In this document: positions 17,214-26,975 of the stretch, one piece after another
Layout: each line of letters opens with the position of its first letter
How positions within the stretch are numbered: the first letter of the stretch is position 1
Made by a program: the position numbers and the translations under genes
Source of the DNA: a virus
Direction: 5' to 3' (one strand)
DNA length: 64,000 bases
Virus record (IMG/VR): IMGVR_UViG_3300030390_001877
Coordinates: 32,001 to 96,000 of that record
Notes under the pieces: generated by a model
What the model saw: the letters and a program-made list of their open reading frames with translations, nothing else
Databases searched by the model: none
What the model was told of the DNA's origin: nothing

Positions 17214-17506
17214 AAAACTATATTACAGAAGGTGAGGTTGATTCTTTAATATTAAGAAACATTTGGAAACAGGATAACTTTGCAATAAATTATAGCAATA
17301 ACGAAAACAAAACTTTAAATATGGTTGTTCCAAAAGAGAGACCTTCTTTTGTAAGTGGAACCTTTCATGTACATTACGGAGGAGAAAAGATCACTCTTCT
17401 GACAAAAGTAAAGAAAGGTTGTGGGAAAGGAAAGCCTCGTAAAGTTGTATTCTTTAAACAAAGGAACCTTTTTGAAAATTTAACTTGGAGGGAGAAATTA
17501 TTATGA
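17210..17506 (+). CDS. hypothetical protein
   Basis: 98 aa, coupled. Confidence 0.6.
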   Translation: MKNYITEGEVDSLILRNIWKQDNFAINYSNNENKTLNMVVPKERPSFVSGTFHVHYGGEKITLLTKVKKGCGKGKPRKVVFFKQRNLFENLTWREKLL

Positions 17507-18054
17507 AAATATTTAAACTTTTAACAACAGGTTGCTTAGTAGTAATGTTATCTGCTTGCAGGAACACTGTCTTGGATGAGAGTCTTGTTAATCAGAAGGA
17601 ATTAGCTATATTATCTTCTATCAATAAAAACATTTATAACTCTTGCAAGGCCTACCCTGTAAAAGTTGTGAAAGCTATTAACAAACGTATGTCAGCCCCT
17701 GTGGTGGAAGATTCTTTTAAAGATGTGGAATATCTTATTAAAGCTTTTGACGACTCCTTGTCTTGTATTAAAACTAAAACAACTCTGCAGGAACTATATT
17801 ACAAACTTTATAACGAGAAGTTATTCTCAGGTAAGGGTGTTGTTTTAGAAAGAGGCTCAACTCCGCAAGAACTTCTTACTGCAAAAGAGATAAGAGAGCT
17901 TACAGATACAGTTAAATCGTGTAATGTTGCTAAGGTAAAGGTAATTTCTTTACTTGACCAAAATAACCTTCTTACTGTAGAAGATAAAAATTCTATAGAA
18001 AAGCTTGTACTTCGTTGTGAAAGTGATAAACTTATACAAGAGTTAAATAATTAG
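17503..18054 (+). CDS. putative lipoprotein
   Basis: MKIFKLLTTGCLVVMLSAC signal peptide with lipobox LSAC. Confidence 0.75.
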   Translation: MKIFKLLTTGCLVVMLSACRNTVLDESLVNQKELAILSSINKNIYNSCKAYPVKVVKAINKRMSAPVVEDSFKDVEYLIKAFDDSLSCIKTKTTLQELYYKLYNEKLFSGKGVVLERGSTPQELLTAKEIRELTDTVKSCNVAKVKVISLLDQNNLLTVEDKNSIEKLVLRCESDKLIQELNN

Positions 18055-18064
18055 GAGAACTCTC

Positions 18065-18226
18065 ATGAAAACAGAACACGATTACAACAAAGCCTCTCAG
18101 GTAATAAAACTCCTCAACAAGAATAATCTGTTGAAAGAAAGATTTTCTGGGCAAGTTTTTGTTGACGATTATGAAAAGTTGTGGGATACTGTTTTCCAGA
18201 TAATTGATATTATAGAGGAGAAATGA
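18065..18226 (+). CDS. small hypothetical protein (53 aa, not in ORF track)
   Basis: AGGAG SD; stop overlaps the next ATG. Confidence 0.55.
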   Translation: MKTEHDYNKASQVIKLLNKNNLLKERFSGQVFVDDYEKLWDTVFQIIDIIEEK

Positions 18227-18420
18227 TTATGAATTGGAAACAACTTCAAAAGAAAGAAGACCTTCTCAGAGAGTTACACTGTCTCACAGAACAATCCATT
18301 CTCGCTGAAAAGGAAAACAACTTCTCAGAACAAGAACGTCTTGCAAATGAGATATCTATTCTGTTAAAGTATATCGATAAGCAAGAATGGACTTACACTT
18401 TAGAGGAGTTAGGTTTGTGA
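18223..18420 (+). CDS. hypothetical protein
   Basis: 65 aa, helical. Confidence 0.6.
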   Translation: MIMNWKQLQKKEDLLRELHCLTEQSILAEKENNFSEQERLANEISILLKYIDKQEWTYTLEELGL

Positions 18421-18605
18421 AAATAGGATTCTTATTAAAATGGTTATTGATATTCCTAGGAGTGATAATCTTGTTGACATTCGTCAAAGGGATTTTTATT
18501 ATAGGAATCATCACACTTCTGGTAATATTGTTCTTTTCTTTAAGGGATAATATTCGAAAAGGTGTCGATTATGTGAAGCGTAGTATTGGAAATATATTTA
18601 ATTAG
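18417..18605 (+). CDS. small membrane protein
   Basis: GTGA overlap; long hydrophobic segment. Confidence 0.65.
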   Translation: MKIGFLLKWLLIFLGVIILLTFVKGIFIIGIITLLVILFFSLRDNIRKGVDYVKRSIGNIFN

Positions 18606-18616
18606 GGGAGAGATTT

Positions 18617-19057
18617 ATGTTGGAACAAGTTAATATTGTGGAAGTAGTTTTAGTGGTTTGGGGATTGAATTTATTATTACCTTTTATTCTGGGAGCTACC
18701 ACTGGATTAGTTTTCTTCTGGAGTCGAGGAAAAGTTAACCTAGAGTTAGCCAGTGGTTATCAAGCTTTTAAATGGAGAAATGGTAAACACGACTGGGTAA
18801 ATGGAGAACCTCATTGTTGGATACCTAGATTTTTAATAGTAGAAGGTTTTCTTGGGTTATGTGCAGCCATCCTTCTTCTTTGCGCTGGTGTAGAAATTGC
18901 AATATTTGTAGGGGTAGTATCTTTGACCTTACTAGTCCCACGTTTCATCCTAGACTTATGCAAAGGATTAAAGATGAATCATAAAACAGGCAACTTAGAG
19001 GAAATCAATTCCCTAAAGAAACGTCTTGAAGACTTAGAATCTAAAGGAGATAAATAA
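18617..19057 (+). CDS. membrane protein with C-terminal coiled coil
   Basis: Three hydrophobic segments. Confidence 0.7.
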   Translation: MLEQVNIVEVVLVVWGLNLLLPFILGATTGLVFFWSRGKVNLELASGYQAFKWRNGKHDWVNGEPHCWIPRFLIVEGFLGLCAAILLLCAGVEIAIFVGVVSLTLLVPRFILDLCKGLKMNHKTGNLEEINSLKKRLEDLESKGDK

Positions 19058-19058
19058 T

Positions 19059-19591
19059 ATGTTACAACAAGTTTTATTCTGGGTAAGTTATGGACTTTTA
19101 ACAACAATTTGGTGGGGATGATTGTTTATTGGATGTTCCCTCTTATTGATAAATGGCTTGAGAGTGTAACAGATGGTGACCTGAAAAGTTTCCTCTGTGA
19201 AAAGTATCGTAACCCTTTCTTAAATAAGTTTGGTTTGATGGAGAAGACTGATCGTTGGGGTAATGTGGATTCTAGGGGTAAATGGAATTATATGTACGAA
19301 GAAGATTATTATCGTTGGAAGGCTGTTATTGTTTGGTGGGTAGCTTTGCTAGGGTTGTTTGTTAACCTTATATACTTTGTAGTTCGAAGTGTGAGTGTAT
19401 TTTTCGATAAAAAGAAAGTGTACACCTTACACGAGCTGACTACCAACATAGCAGAGTTTATCTCAACAGAACTAGCTTTCCCAATGATTATAGTTTTAGG
19501 AGCGATTCTTCTGAATACAACTCTTAAGAAGCTATACAAGTTTGGGAAGAAAGTGAAACCTTTAGTAGATAATATTAATAATCAGAAGTAA
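19059..19591 (+). pseudogene. membrane protein, possibly frameshifted near 19108
   Basis: The SD-led ATG at 19059 reads MLQQVLFWVSYGLLTTI and stops; one extra T fuses it to the 160-aa ORF 19109..19591. Confidence 0.45.
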
Positions 19592-19594
19592 CTA

Positions 19595-19622
19595 TTGACA
19601 AAAGTTTATATTCTGGTAAAAT
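19595..19622 (+). promoter_or_regulatory. sigma70-like promoter
   Basis: TTGACA-N16-TAAAAT with TGn. Confidence 0.75.
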
Positions 19623-19785
19623 AGATTTCACGAACATTAACGCTTCTGAAAGGAAGTTACTTTTGGCAGAGATGTCATTTCATCAGGGGATTGTTATTAG
19701 GACAGTCCTCTATTTTAAAGATAATAATATTAGAGATAATATAATTTGAAGATAACTATGCAAATATTCTTAAAGAGGAGAGCAT

Positions 19786-20985
19786 ATGACATTTAGTAAA
19801 AAAGCAGGCGCAGCACAACAGGGTAATAATCCAGTGACCAAAGAAGAACTTGACGCTAAGAGTGAATGGAATCAATATCAATTCAATACTTTCAAAGCTA
19901 AAGCAAAAGAACTTCCAAACGGCAAGACTCGCAAAGAAAAGAGTTTAATTGGTAGGGTTAATCTGGTTATGGATTTGGGTTTCCCTCCTTCTGCACCTAG
20001 CGAATGGGATACGAAGTGTGCGTTACCTTCTGGGGACGAGGAATACTCTCAGGAAGAGATTACCTACATGGAAAAGAATCCTACTCACGACTTTATCTGG
20101 ACAAAAGAGTATGATGAGAGTGTTAAGAAAAGTGTTACTGTACGTAAACAGACTTCACCTTCTTACCCAGCACAAGAGTACGGCGTGGCAGTAGACTTCC
20201 CTCAGATTATGTTGGACTACAGTAAGCACCCAGAAAGTACTTCTGGTAAAGAGGATTTACGTCCACTACGTATCAGCTTGAACGGTTCGTTCCATCAGAA
20301 GTTCTTCAAGACAATAGTGTTTGATGGTAGTTTTAAACCTGTTAGTAATAACAATCTTATCTACAAGATTTGTGCTGCAGCAGACCGCGAGAAAGAGTTG
20401 GTGGATAGTCAGTTTGATATCGCCACTGTAGCGGGTGCAACTTGTAACTTCACTGTACGTGCTGATCTTAACACTTCTGATGAAGGTATTACTTACGTCA
20501 ATTGGAACGCTTCAAAACCTGCTTCTGTAGAAGATATTGAAACTCCAGATGGTGAGTGGTCAGCAGAGGATCAGATTGAGAAAGCGTTCGAGGGTAAGAA
20601 TGTATCTGAGTTTGTAGGTATCCTATTGGACGGTCAGGACTACACAGACGAGATGTTATCTATGTTGGGTAATGACACCTTTGGTTACGTTAAGCACGCC
20701 TCAGAGAGTGCTACGTTTAAACTAGAAGGTATTTCTAAGAAGACAGGTAATGAATACTCGTTTGAGAAAGGTTTGGATTATGATACCACTGACTTCGCGA
20801 AAGCATGGAAAGCATTCCGTGAAAAGAATGGAGATTCTGTAGCAGATAAACCTTCTGTCCCTAAGAGCAACACACCTAACAGTGATAAAGTGGTAGAAAA
20901 GGCCGTTCCTGTTGAGAAGAAACCTACCCAAGAAGAGTTTGTTCCAGAGGAAGATTTCGACTTTAATGATGATGTGCCTTTCTGA
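19786..20985 (+). CDS. putative ssDNA-binding / annealing protein
   Basis: 399 aa with its own promoter; flexible linker and acidic C-terminal tail ending DFDFNDDVPF, as in SSB tails. Confidence 0.55.
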   Translation: MTFSKKAGAAQQGNNPVTKEELDAKSEWNQYQFNTFKAKAKELPNGKTRKEKSLIGRVNLVMDLGFPPSAPSEWDTKCALPSGDEEYSQEEITYMEKNPTHDFIWTKEYDESVKKSVTVRKQTSPSYPAQEYGVAVDFPQIMLDYSKHPESTSGKEDLRPLRISLNGSFHQKFFKTIVFDGSFKPVSNNNLIYKICAAADREKELVDSQFDIATVAGATCNFTVRADLNTSDEGITYVNWNASKPASVEDIETPDGEWSAEDQIEKAFEGKNVSEFVGILLDGQDYTDEMLSMLGNDTFGYVKHASESATFKLEGISKKTGNEYSFEKGLDYDTTDFAKAWKAFREKNGDSVADKPSVPKSNTPNSDKVVEKAVPVEKKPTQEEFVPEEDFDFNDDVPF

Positions 20986-21018
20986 TAAGTGATTGTTTTA
21001 TAAGAAGTTTTATAGATT

Positions 21019-21045
21019 ACCTCCTTAATTGGAGGTTTTCTTATT
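21019..21045 (+). terminator. intrinsic terminator
   Basis: ACCTCC-TTAATT-GGAGGT followed by TTTCTTATTT. Confidence 0.6.
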
Positions 21046-21062
21046 TCAGAAGGAGATGTACT

Positions 21063-22238
21063 TTGGGTGTAGTAACAATACACGAACACTTAGGTAAGAC
21101 TTACTTAAACAAACAAGGAAATACTCTCACTGTTGTTGGTTACGTTAAGAATGATACAGGTAGAGGTTATAAGTTAACAGTTACTTGTAGTAAATGTAGC
21201 GAAGATAAAGAATTGTTCCCTGACCCCTTCCCTATACTTTATAGTAAATTAAAAGCAGGAAGAAGTCCTTGCGGTTGTACTAGAATTATATACACAGAAG
21301 ATCAAATAAAAATATTAGCGAAAAGGAAAGCGAAGGAATTAGGGCACACCTTTTTAGGCTTCACCGATGAATTCGTAAGTAACAGAGTTACTGACCTTAT
21401 TATAAAATGCCCTCATGAAATTAAAGAAATTAATTGCCACCTCTACCTTAACTATAGTAAACACGGATGTAATAGTTGTGCTTCTGAGAGGGTATCTGAA
21501 AGCTATATCTCTAAGTATGAATACCCTTCGTGCGTGGAAGAAGTTAGATCTACTGAAGTAAAAGATTATGGAAGCAGGTATCATGAGTACAAGTGTTCAG
21601 TATGCTCTTATGATTGGTATGTTGTTAACGGTTTTTGTGATGGTTGGTTTAGTTTCAAGCCATGTAGGCTTAGTAAGGGAATCTTTACTTGTCGTTGTAA
21701 CTTAAATTATTTCCCAAAAGACTCTGATAGATATAATTTAGGAAGGGCAATCAAAAGTCGTCTGCCACATAAAAATATAAAAGTTTTAGACTTTAAGGGT
21801 GATAGGATACTTTTTGAATGTTCTTATCACGGAAAAGGTGATCAAAACTCCTCTAGTTGTTTTGAAGGGAGACTTCCTAAATGTTGTGTTAAGAATTCAT
21901 GGGGATATTACGAAGATAGAAAATATGATACAGATTACCTTTACTTCGTAAGTATGGAAGACATGGAGAACAATAAATACATAAAGATAGGAAGGTCTTT
22001 TAACCTTATGACCAGAATACAAGATTTAGAAGACGGTTATTTTGTTGACTTGCTTTATCTACTAGAATCTCCCCACAAGGATATATATAAGTATGAAAAA
22101 TTCTTCCATAAAGTTTTTCGCAAGTACCGAGAACAACCTCCTACTTATTTTAAAGGGGAAACTGAAGTTTTTAATTATACTGTATTAGGAGATAAGGATT
22201 TCAAATTACTTGTGTCAGATTTTATAGAAGGTTACTAA
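21063..22238 (+). CDS. Cys-rich putative homing endonuclease with C-terminal T5orf172/GIY-YIG-like domain
   Basis: Several CxxC/CxC modules; C-terminal YLYFV...YIKIGRS...RI..L...E..FH...ETE. Confidence 0.75.
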   Translation: MGVVTIHEHLGKTYLNKQGNTLTVVGYVKNDTGRGYKLTVTCSKCSEDKELFPDPFPILYSKLKAGRSPCGCTRIIYTEDQIKILAKRKAKELGHTFLGFTDEFVSNRVTDLIIKCPHEIKEINCHLYLNYSKHGCNSCASERVSESYISKYEYPSCVEEVRSTEVKDYGSRYHEYKCSVCSYDWYVVNGFCDGWFSFKPCRLSKGIFTCRCNLNYFPKDSDRYNLGRAIKSRLPHKNIKVLDFKGDRILFECSYHGKGDQNSSSCFEGRLPKCCVKNSWGYYEDRKYDTDYLYFVSMEDMENNKYIKIGRSFNLMTRIQDLEDGYFVDLLYLLESPHKDIYKYEKFFHKVFRKYREQPPTYFKGETEVFNYTVLGDKDFKLLVSDFIEGY

Positions 22239-22251
22239 ATAATTAGATAAC

Positions 22252-22289
22252 AAAAAGCCCGAACTTCAATTAAGAGGTTCGGGCTTTTT
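22252..22289. terminator. bidirectional intrinsic terminator
   Basis: AAAAAGCCCGAAC...GTTCGGGCTTTTT between convergent genes. Confidence 0.85.
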
Positions 22290-22315
22290 CACATTTATGC
22301 TTTATTAAAATACTT

Positions 22316-23167
22316 TTACGACCTATCCGTTAGAATATTAGCACATCTTCCTTGTCTGAATCCTTCCTTCTGAGTATATTCCCTCTCAAGAGTGTCCATC
22401 TCTACTCCAACAACACCCATCTCAATACCAGTATTTCCCATCTCATTTTCTGTAAGAGGAGTTATATCATAAGCATCAGTTAATTCAGGAAGAATACTAT
22501 TACCTAAAAGAGTATCTTCTGCAACATCTTCGAAATAATACTCTGAGGAAAAGTTACCTGCCATCTCTACAACAGACTCTCCCATCTCAGCGATACTATC
22601 CCCCATTTGATATTCTGTTGAAGGAGGATTACCAACAAAAACTCTATTAGCAAACGCCTCTGAAAGTCTACAAGGTCTCAAACAAACGTCATCTTCTACA
22701 ACAATAATACCGCCTGTACGAACACCTGCTGGGGTAACGTTATCCATTGTAGCAGGGATAGCTTTAGGAATATTAGTTCCGTTGGTTTCTAACACTGTAC
22801 AAGCAGGATAATGTTCCCAGTAGCGTACTTTTGTAGCTTTAGTTATTGTTTGAAGGAAACCGATTACATCCTCAGGAGTACCACTACCTGTATTACGAGA
22901 TATACCAAACCTGATAGCATCCCTGAACTCTTCATCATCTAACCCTAAACGAGACACCCCTAGCAAAGCACCTATGATATCAAGTTGATACCCGAAAGCA
23001 GTATTTAGTTCAGTAGAGAATTCTCCTAAGGCTTGTTGAGCTAAGTTTAGTTCTTCTACTTGATCAAGATATATTGATAAAAGTTTTATTAAGTTTTCAG
23101 AGTCACTAAACTGTACTGGAAGAAGATCTGTATAAGAAGAGAAGTCTCTTATCTGTAGTTCTGACAT
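22316..23167 (-). CDS. baseplate wedge protein (DUF2612-like)
   Basis: QLDIIGALLGVSR.GLDDEEFR..IR motif; follows baseplate J. Confidence 0.75.
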   Translation of the reverse strand: MSELQIRDFSSYTDLLPVQFSDSENLIKLLSIYLDQVEELNLAQQALGEFSTELNTAFGYQLDIIGALLGVSRLGLDDEEFRDAIRFGISRNTGSGTPEDVIGFLQTITKATKVRYWEHYPACTVLETNGTNIPKAIPATMDNVTPAGVRTGGIIVVEDDVCLRPCRLSEAFANRVFVGNPPSTEYQMGDSIAEMGESVVEMAGNFSSEYYFEDVAEDTLLGNSILPELTDAYDITPLTENEMGNTGIEMGVVGVEMDTLEREYTQKEGFRQGRCANILTDRS

Positions 23168-23175
23168 ATCTTCTC

Positions 23176-24633
23176 CTAGGTTATTGTGGAAACTGTTACT
23201 CTATCTAAAGAGAAGTTTGCTTCTTGTAAGCCGCTTATTCTAATAGGAGGGGAAGTTTTCAGCAATGGAGTAGGATCTTCTGGATTAACAGTACTCCCTA
23301 TAGTAACCACCACTTCTTCTAATCCTGTTATATTCTGGTACAAAGAAGCTTCTATTCTTCCTTGAATAACATCAACACCTACATCTAAACTATCTCCGTA
23401 AGCAACTACTTGTTCTGCTATAGCTATCTCTATATCTTCAGGAGAAAGTTCCTCCCCGTATAAAGAATACTGAACATTAGCATGGATATAAACATTGTTA
23501 ACTCTTGAGAAGCGAACTTCTTGATCCTCCCCTTGAGAATCCTTTACGGTATAACTACTATCACCTGAGGTCTTTATTCCAGCAGGTTTATTATCCCAAA
23601 TAGTGTTAGCTATAAGCTGAGAATCTCCCCCTTTAACAATGCACTTCAAACCCTTCTCATCAATACCTTGTACATTATTATACACTAGGGTATCATTCTC
23701 TATAACAATCGCTGTAGTGACTCCAGAGACTCTTAGAATAGCCGTTTTAATAGAATCTAAGGTAGCTTTACCAGTACTTCTACCTAACTTAACTCTTTCT
23801 CTTAGAACACCATCTGTCTCAACACCACTACCCCCTGTAATAGGCTCTCTGTTAGTTGCAGATAAGATAGTTGCATAATTAGGAAAGTTAACAACAGTGT
23901 TCTCTTGGAAAGAGTTATCTCCTAGTTCAGAGTAACGAACTTCTCCATAAGAAGTCATCTCAACTATAGAGAAGGGTTGTGCTGCTACTGTGTAAGCTAG
24001 TTTATCAGCTTGATCATCAGACACTATCTCTAAGAAAACTGTATCATCAATAACTTCAACAGTAGCAGTTACACCTAATGCTATATTACTGGTTATATAG
24101 TCTGCTAACTCTTGAACACCTGCTGTACTTGGATTAGTAGCGGTTGCTGTGAAAGCGTCTCCTTCTACAAGAAGATATGGTTGTTCTAAAGAAGGGTTAT
24201 TTAAAGGAGTAGATAATTTTATTCTTGTAAGAGAAGATGGTTTTATTACGATGATACTATCATTTGTAAAAACATTACCGTTGTTATCCGAGAATTCCTC
24301 TCCCTCAAGTATTGACGTTACACTATCGACTGTTATATACTCAAACCCTCTAGAATAACTTCCTGCTGAGCGAGTTATACCAAAGAAAGAAGCTAGGTTG
24401 TCCAGCCAGATACCTTCAGCTTTATCTAAATCAAACATTGTTTGTAGAGTTTGAGTGTTACTCCAAGATTGAGCTATTGGGAGAGTGATCAGGTTTGTTA
24501 TCAATTTTTCTACGGTGTCAGGGTAACGATCAATATCAATACCCAAATCTGTTTCGAAACGTTGCTTTATTTCAGCAAATATTTCTTCGTATCGTTTGGC
24601 TTTAAAACCCGTTGGGGTAACTCCATATGCCAT
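23176..24633 (-). CDS. baseplate J-like wedge protein
   Basis: YGVTPTGF N-terminus; GG...ETDGVLRER; AIWDNKPAGI. Confidence 0.88.
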   Translation of the reverse strand: MAYGVTPTGFKAKRYEEIFAEIKQRFETDLGIDIDRYPDTVEKLITNLITLPIAQSWSNTQTLQTMFDLDKAEGIWLDNLASFFGITRSAGSYSRGFEYITVDSVTSILEGEEFSDNNGNVFTNDSIIVIKPSSLTRIKLSTPLNNPSLEQPYLLVEGDAFTATATNPSTAGVQELADYITSNIALGVTATVEVIDDTVFLEIVSDDQADKLAYTVAAQPFSIVEMTSYGEVRYSELGDNSFQENTVVNFPNYATILSATNREPITGGSGVETDGVLRERVKLGRSTGKATLDSIKTAILRVSGVTTAIVIENDTLVYNNVQGIDEKGLKCIVKGGDSQLIANTIWDNKPAGIKTSGDSSYTVKDSQGEDQEVRFSRVNNVYIHANVQYSLYGEELSPEDIEIAIAEQVVAYGDSLDVGVDVIQGRIEASLYQNITGLEEVVVTIGSTVNPEDPTPLLKTSPPIRISGLQEANFSLDRVTVSTIT

Positions 24634-24634
24634 C

Positions 24635-24997
24635 TTAAATCTCCACTAAAATATTATTTATTATTTTTCCACTTTTCACTTTAACAGAGAATAAAACTTT
24701 CAACACTCTTTCTGGTGTAACAATACTTTCATAAGATAACAAACTTTGAACGTTCTCTGTTGCAAGTATTGTACTCTTTAAGTTGGCATCCGCAGCAGCT
24801 TTAGTATTTTTACCGAAGATTTCTTGAACATAAGGAACACCATAGTCAATATCTCGAAACCACTCTCCTTTAAAAACAAGGAGTCTTATTTTAATAAGTT
24901 GTACTGTTGCATCTTCTTCTGTTTCAAAAAGTGTTAATCCGTTATTTGAAATTTCTAAATCATGTGTTAAACTATTCAACACTATTCCTGTATCCAT
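24635..24997 (-). CDS. baseplate wedge / sheath-initiator-like protein
   Basis: IKIRLL.FKGEWF.D..YGVPY motif. Confidence 0.75.
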   Translation of the reverse strand: MDTGIVLNSLTHDLEISNNGLTLFETEEDATVQLIKIRLLVFKGEWFRDIDYGVPYVQEIFGKNTKAAADANLKSTILATENVQSLLSYESIVTPERVLKVLFSVKVKSGKIINNILVEI

Positions 24998-25176
24998 TAA
25001 GTTATCTCTCCTGTTGAAAGATTAACCTCTGCGGAAGTAGTGATATGTGTTATGATTGCTTCGGCAAAAGCAGTGTATGTGTCATCTGGGGATTTTTCCC
25101 CGTTCTGGTATGTGTCTCTAATAGCTTCCATATTAACTTTAATAATGTTGGCTAAGACTGTTGAGTCCATAGGCAT
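24997..25176 (-). CDS. small baseplate-region protein (59 aa, not in ORF track)
   Basis: MPMDSTVLANIIK...A.AIITHI; fills the gap, stop overlaps the next ATG. Confidence 0.6.
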   Translation of the reverse strand: MPMDSTVLANIIKVNMEAIRDTYQNGEKSPDDTYTAFAEAIITHITTSAEVNLSTGEIT

Positions 25177-25183
25177 ATGAATA

Positions 25184-25897
25184 TTATCCTTTTAATGTAT
25201 CGAGTCTTGACTTAAGAGATGCTATCTGAGAGGCATCGTTAAGAGGTTGAGGCCCGATCATTGTATTAGTTGTTGTGGAAGACAATACCCCCATTAGGTC
25301 ACTAATTAAGGATATCAACTCTTCTGAGGAATTCTGTATCTTTATTGTAGAAGCTGTTATGACTTCAATTTTACCGTTCGACAGTTGTTTAATCTCACTC
25401 CCAGATTCACTCTTTATAGAGATGCTTTTATCTGATCCAAGAGTGATTGAATTAAGTTTACCAGAAGCATCCTCGAAACGTATCTGTACGTCTTCTGTAG
25501 AGGCTTCTAAGGAGTTTCCTTTACTTCTTAACCCAACTATACCAACAGCATCGTTGTAGTCGTGATAACGTACTGTAGAAGGTATTCCTGCCTTACCAGT
25601 ATCCCATACCTCGTCAGTATCATTTTGGAAAAACAACACTAACACTTCATCATCTGGTTTTATTGGGAAGGTGATACACCCACCTCCTGAAGCAGGAAAC
25701 ACTATAGGTACGTGGTCTATATCTGGAAGAGGTTGGTTTGCTCCATCTGAGTAAGCTCTATAGACCAGAGGTGTTACTGTTGCCGTCTGTGTTGATGAAT
25801 CAAATGTTTTAATCTTTGCAAAGACACATGTATTAAGCTGAGTCTCGAAATTATCAACATAAGATTTTATTATAGACGGAAGATCCATTACTGGCAT
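25184..25897 (-). CDS. baseplate central spike (gpV/Gp138-like)
   Basis: OB-fold N-terminus, VFP.SGG..ITFPI..GDE-like motif and HDYND. Confidence 0.85.
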   Translation of the reverse strand: MPVMDLPSIIKSYVDNFETQLNTCVFAKIKTFDSSTQTATVTPLVYRAYSDGANQPLPDIDHVPIVFPASGGGCITFPIKPDDEVLVLFFQNDTDEVWDTGKAGIPSTVRYHDYNDAVGIVGLRSKGNSLEASTEDVQIRFEDASGKLNSITLGSDKSISIKSESGSEIKQLSNGKIEVITASTIKIQNSSEELISLISDLMGVLSSTTTNTMIGPQPLNDASQIASLKSRLDTLKG

Positions 25898-25978
25898 ATT
25901 ATACTCTCCTCCTGTTCATTATTCTTATTTGGTATGTTATATTATAGCCTGAAAACACATTTTAGTCAAAGTAGACAG

Positions 25979-26974
25979 TTAGCTAGAAACTTCTTTGCAC
26001 TCAATAACTGTTGTCCAACCACCATTCCTATAATCCAGCGTGTGAGATTTAGAAATAATCTTGTAGTTTCCTTGGTAAGTTCCATCCAAGATTTCAATAC
26101 GCTTATCTGTATCAAGCCTTCCATCTAAGAAGGTTGTTATCTTGACGCCTCTGTCACCTTTCCCAGTAGAAGTATTTCCTACTTGAGAACCTGTTCTTCT
26201 AATAGATTTAATCTGATCAGTAGTGAATTGATAAGATTCTATTGTACGGGTAAAACCTTTTGGATGAACAAACAATCTTCCGTTAGTGATGTAATTCACA
26301 TAACCTAAACTTTCACAAACATTATCCATTATTTGACGAAGAAACCCTACTGCTGAAAATCCTTTCTTTAATACTGTTTCTCTTGGTGTACGTAATTGAA
26401 CATATGTTTGTCTGAACTCAATAATACTTTCTAATTCAAGTTGTGCTGTTGGAATACCATTCCTTGCATACTCATTTGCTAAGTCAATAAGGACATCTGC
26501 GTAAGTAAGTCCTGCTGCAAACTTCTTAGCTATCCTAACAGCGTTTGTTGGAGTGTAACCCTCCTTGCATTTAAGAGTGGTTACTAAGTTTTCACCTTCT
26601 TTGTCAGTGGCGTATTCAAAAACTTGCCCAGAGAATATCATTGCAAGTTCATCATCTTGGGCATAGCCTGCTGATAATATAATGTAGTTATTCTCTTGAG
26701 ATATAATAGAAAGAGTTTCTTCTGAAAGGTTTAATATTTTAACAACACACCCTGCTTGACTACTACTTGAAGCACTCCCTGTGACAGTAGCCATCATCTG
26801 TAAATCAGTTATTTCAATAGCACTGCCATCTTCTAAACGATAATCTGTTACATATTCAGCTCTTTCTGTAACATTAATAGTGTCTAGATTAATAGTGGTA
26901 TCTTGTCCAGTGTAGATGATTGTTTTAGGTTTACCTATGATCAGGGAATATTTTCTATCGTAAAGTAAACTCAT
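25979..26974 (-). CDS. baseplate hub protein
   Basis: 331 aa; I.ILNLS, AGY, IFSG motifs; sits upstream of the spike. Confidence 0.75.
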   Translation of the reverse strand: MSLLYDRKYSLIIGKPKTIIYTGQDTTINLDTINVTERAEYVTDYRLEDGSAIEITDLQMMATVTGSASSSSQAGCVVKILNLSEETLSIISQENNYIILSAGYAQDDELAMIFSGQVFEYATDKEGENLVTTLKCKEGYTPTNAVRIAKKFAAGLTYADVLIDLANEYARNGIPTAQLELESIIEFRQTYVQLRTPRETVLKKGFSAVGFLRQIMDNVCESLGYVNYITNGRLFVHPKGFTRTIESYQFTTDQIKSIRRTGSQVGNTSTGKGDRGVKITTFLDGRLDTDKRIEILDGTYQGNYKIISKSHTLDYRNGGWTTVIECKEVSS

Positions 26975-26975
26975 A

